Made by a program: the position numbers and the translations under genes. From NCBI GenBank assembly GCA_050012475.1, contig JBEKHC010000044.1, positions 1 through 38,238 of the forward strand: DNA of 38,238 nucleotides. Reading direction: 5' to 3'. Positions 37,365-38,238 of this stretch are shown here, in pieces (the first letter of the stretch is position 1; every line of letters starts with the position of its first letter). The notes below the pieces were generated by a model, which saw nothing but the letters and a program-made list of their open reading frames with translations, was not told the origin of the DNA and made no database searches. The stretch is from Candidatus Velthaea sp. GTDB lineage: Bacteria > Vulcanimicrobiota > Vulcanimicrobiia > Vulcanimicrobiales > Vulcanimicrobiaceae.

Positions 37365-37425
37365 CAGGATTCGCGGCGCTGAACGCGCCGCGAATCCATG
37401 GCGTTTGCGGCTTCGCCGCAAGCCG
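37365..37425 (+). repeat. Dispersed REP-like two-hairpin repeat, copy 3
   Basis: CAGGATTCGCGGCGC-TGAAC-GCGCCGCGAATCC-ATGGCGT-TTGCGGC-TTC-GCCGCAA-GCCG directly after the murB TGA. Confidence 0.9.
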
Positions 37426-37572
37426 CGGTCTGGGTGGCCGCGTCGGTGCTCGGTTTGGTCGCGTTTGCTTGAGGCGAGGCGGGGGTGACGAAACGATTGG
37501 GGCGCGCAAGGCGGAACGGAATGCCGGGGGCGAAGCTGACGGCGGCGTGGATTCTTCGATGAGCGGCAGTGC

Positions 37573-38238
37573 ATGGCTAGACTGAAGATCGCGGTCGTGA
37601 TGGGCGGCCCAGGCGACGAACGCGAAGTCTCGATCGCCAGCGGGACCGGTGTTTTGCGCGCGCTGACCGCACTGGGCCACGATGCGCAGTCGCTCGATTT
37701 CGATCGCGGTTTCGTCGATGCGATGCGCGAGATCGCGCCCGATTTGGTGTTCAACGCGCTGCACGGCACGGCGGGCGAGGACGGTCAGATCCAAGGTGTG
37801 CTCGAGTGGCTGGGCGTCCCGTACACGGGCAGCGACATCACCGCCTGCGCGCTCTCGATCGACAAGCATCTAACCAAGAAGCTCTTGGCCGCAGAAGGCT
37901 TGCCGACTCCGGCTTGGGATACGTTCGACCTGTCGGGCGGAACGCTGCCGCTGCTGCCCGGTTCGCTGGATCCGCCGATCGTCGTCAAACCGCGCGCCAG
38001 CGGCTCGAGCGCGGGCGTCTCGATCGTGCGCACGCATGAGGAGTGGACGCGCACGATGATCGCGGCCTCGGGCCGCACGCAGTCGGTCCTCGCCGAAGAG
38101 TATATACCGGGCCGCGAATTCACGTGCGCCGTGCTGGGCGAAGACGCGCTGCCGGTAATCGAGATTCTGTCGAGCGACGAACTGCTTACCTATCAGGCGA
38201 AGTACACCCCGGGCGGCTCCCGGCATCTCGTCCCGGCG
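37573..38238 (+). CDS. ddl: D-alanine--D-alanine ligase (truncated by window edge)
   Basis: Not in ORF track. MARLKIAVVMGGPGDEREVS, FNALHG..GEDG, PYTGS, VKP..GSS, EEYIPGRE; open to the window end. Confidence 0.96.
   Translation, partial: MARLKIAVVMGGPGDEREVSIASGTGVLRALTALGHDAQSLDFDRGFVDAMREIAPDLVFNALHGTAGEDGQIQGVLEWLGVPYTGSDITACALSIDKHLTKKLLAAEGLPTPAWDTFDLSGGTLPLLPGSLDPPIVVKPRASGSSAGVSIVRTHEEWTRTMIAASGRTQSVLAEEYIPGREFTCAVLGEDALPVIEILSSDELLTYQAKYTPGGSRHLVPA

Noticed and set aside
4268..37425. CRISPR interpretation of the palindromic repeats, and the recurring peptide 'MDSRRVQRRESC' in several ORFs
   Set aside because: The copies are kilobases apart with no spacers or cas genes; the peptide is just the translated repeat.
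37426..37572. Possible sigmaB-like promoter (GTTTGC-N13-GGGGTG) before ddl
   Set aside because: Too poor a match to be meaningful in GC-rich sequence.

Overview
GC-rich chromosomal window from a diderm bacterium. The mix of Lpt/LPS genes and a TonB receptor with a short S1, KGG stress proteins and a sigmaB-type promoter suggests Candidatus Eremiobacterota or a related Terrabacteria diderm (inference only). Left part (1-23 kb): partial membrane-bound diguanylate cyclase, TonB-dependent receptor, a decayed beta-propeller lipoprotein gene, mutM-rpsA-coaE-GNAT, an ECF sigma with an atypical MGMT/Ada partner, a D-aminoacylase/Crp operon, KGG stress proteins, an outer-membrane biogenesis cluster (lptC-like, lnt, lptD, lptF/G), a metallothionein-like small ORF absent from the ORF track, and a lytic transglycosylase. 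Right part (23-38 kb): the dcw cluster from mraZ to ddl. Most notable: a CofE-like ligase translationally coupled between murF and mraY; a probable ATT start for rpsA; a dispersed 61-bp two-hairpin repeat with covariation that follows a stop codon in all three copies; a ~200-bp fold-back element between lptF/G and lptD; and sigma28- and sigmaB-type promoters. All calls come from reading the sequence; no database searches were run.
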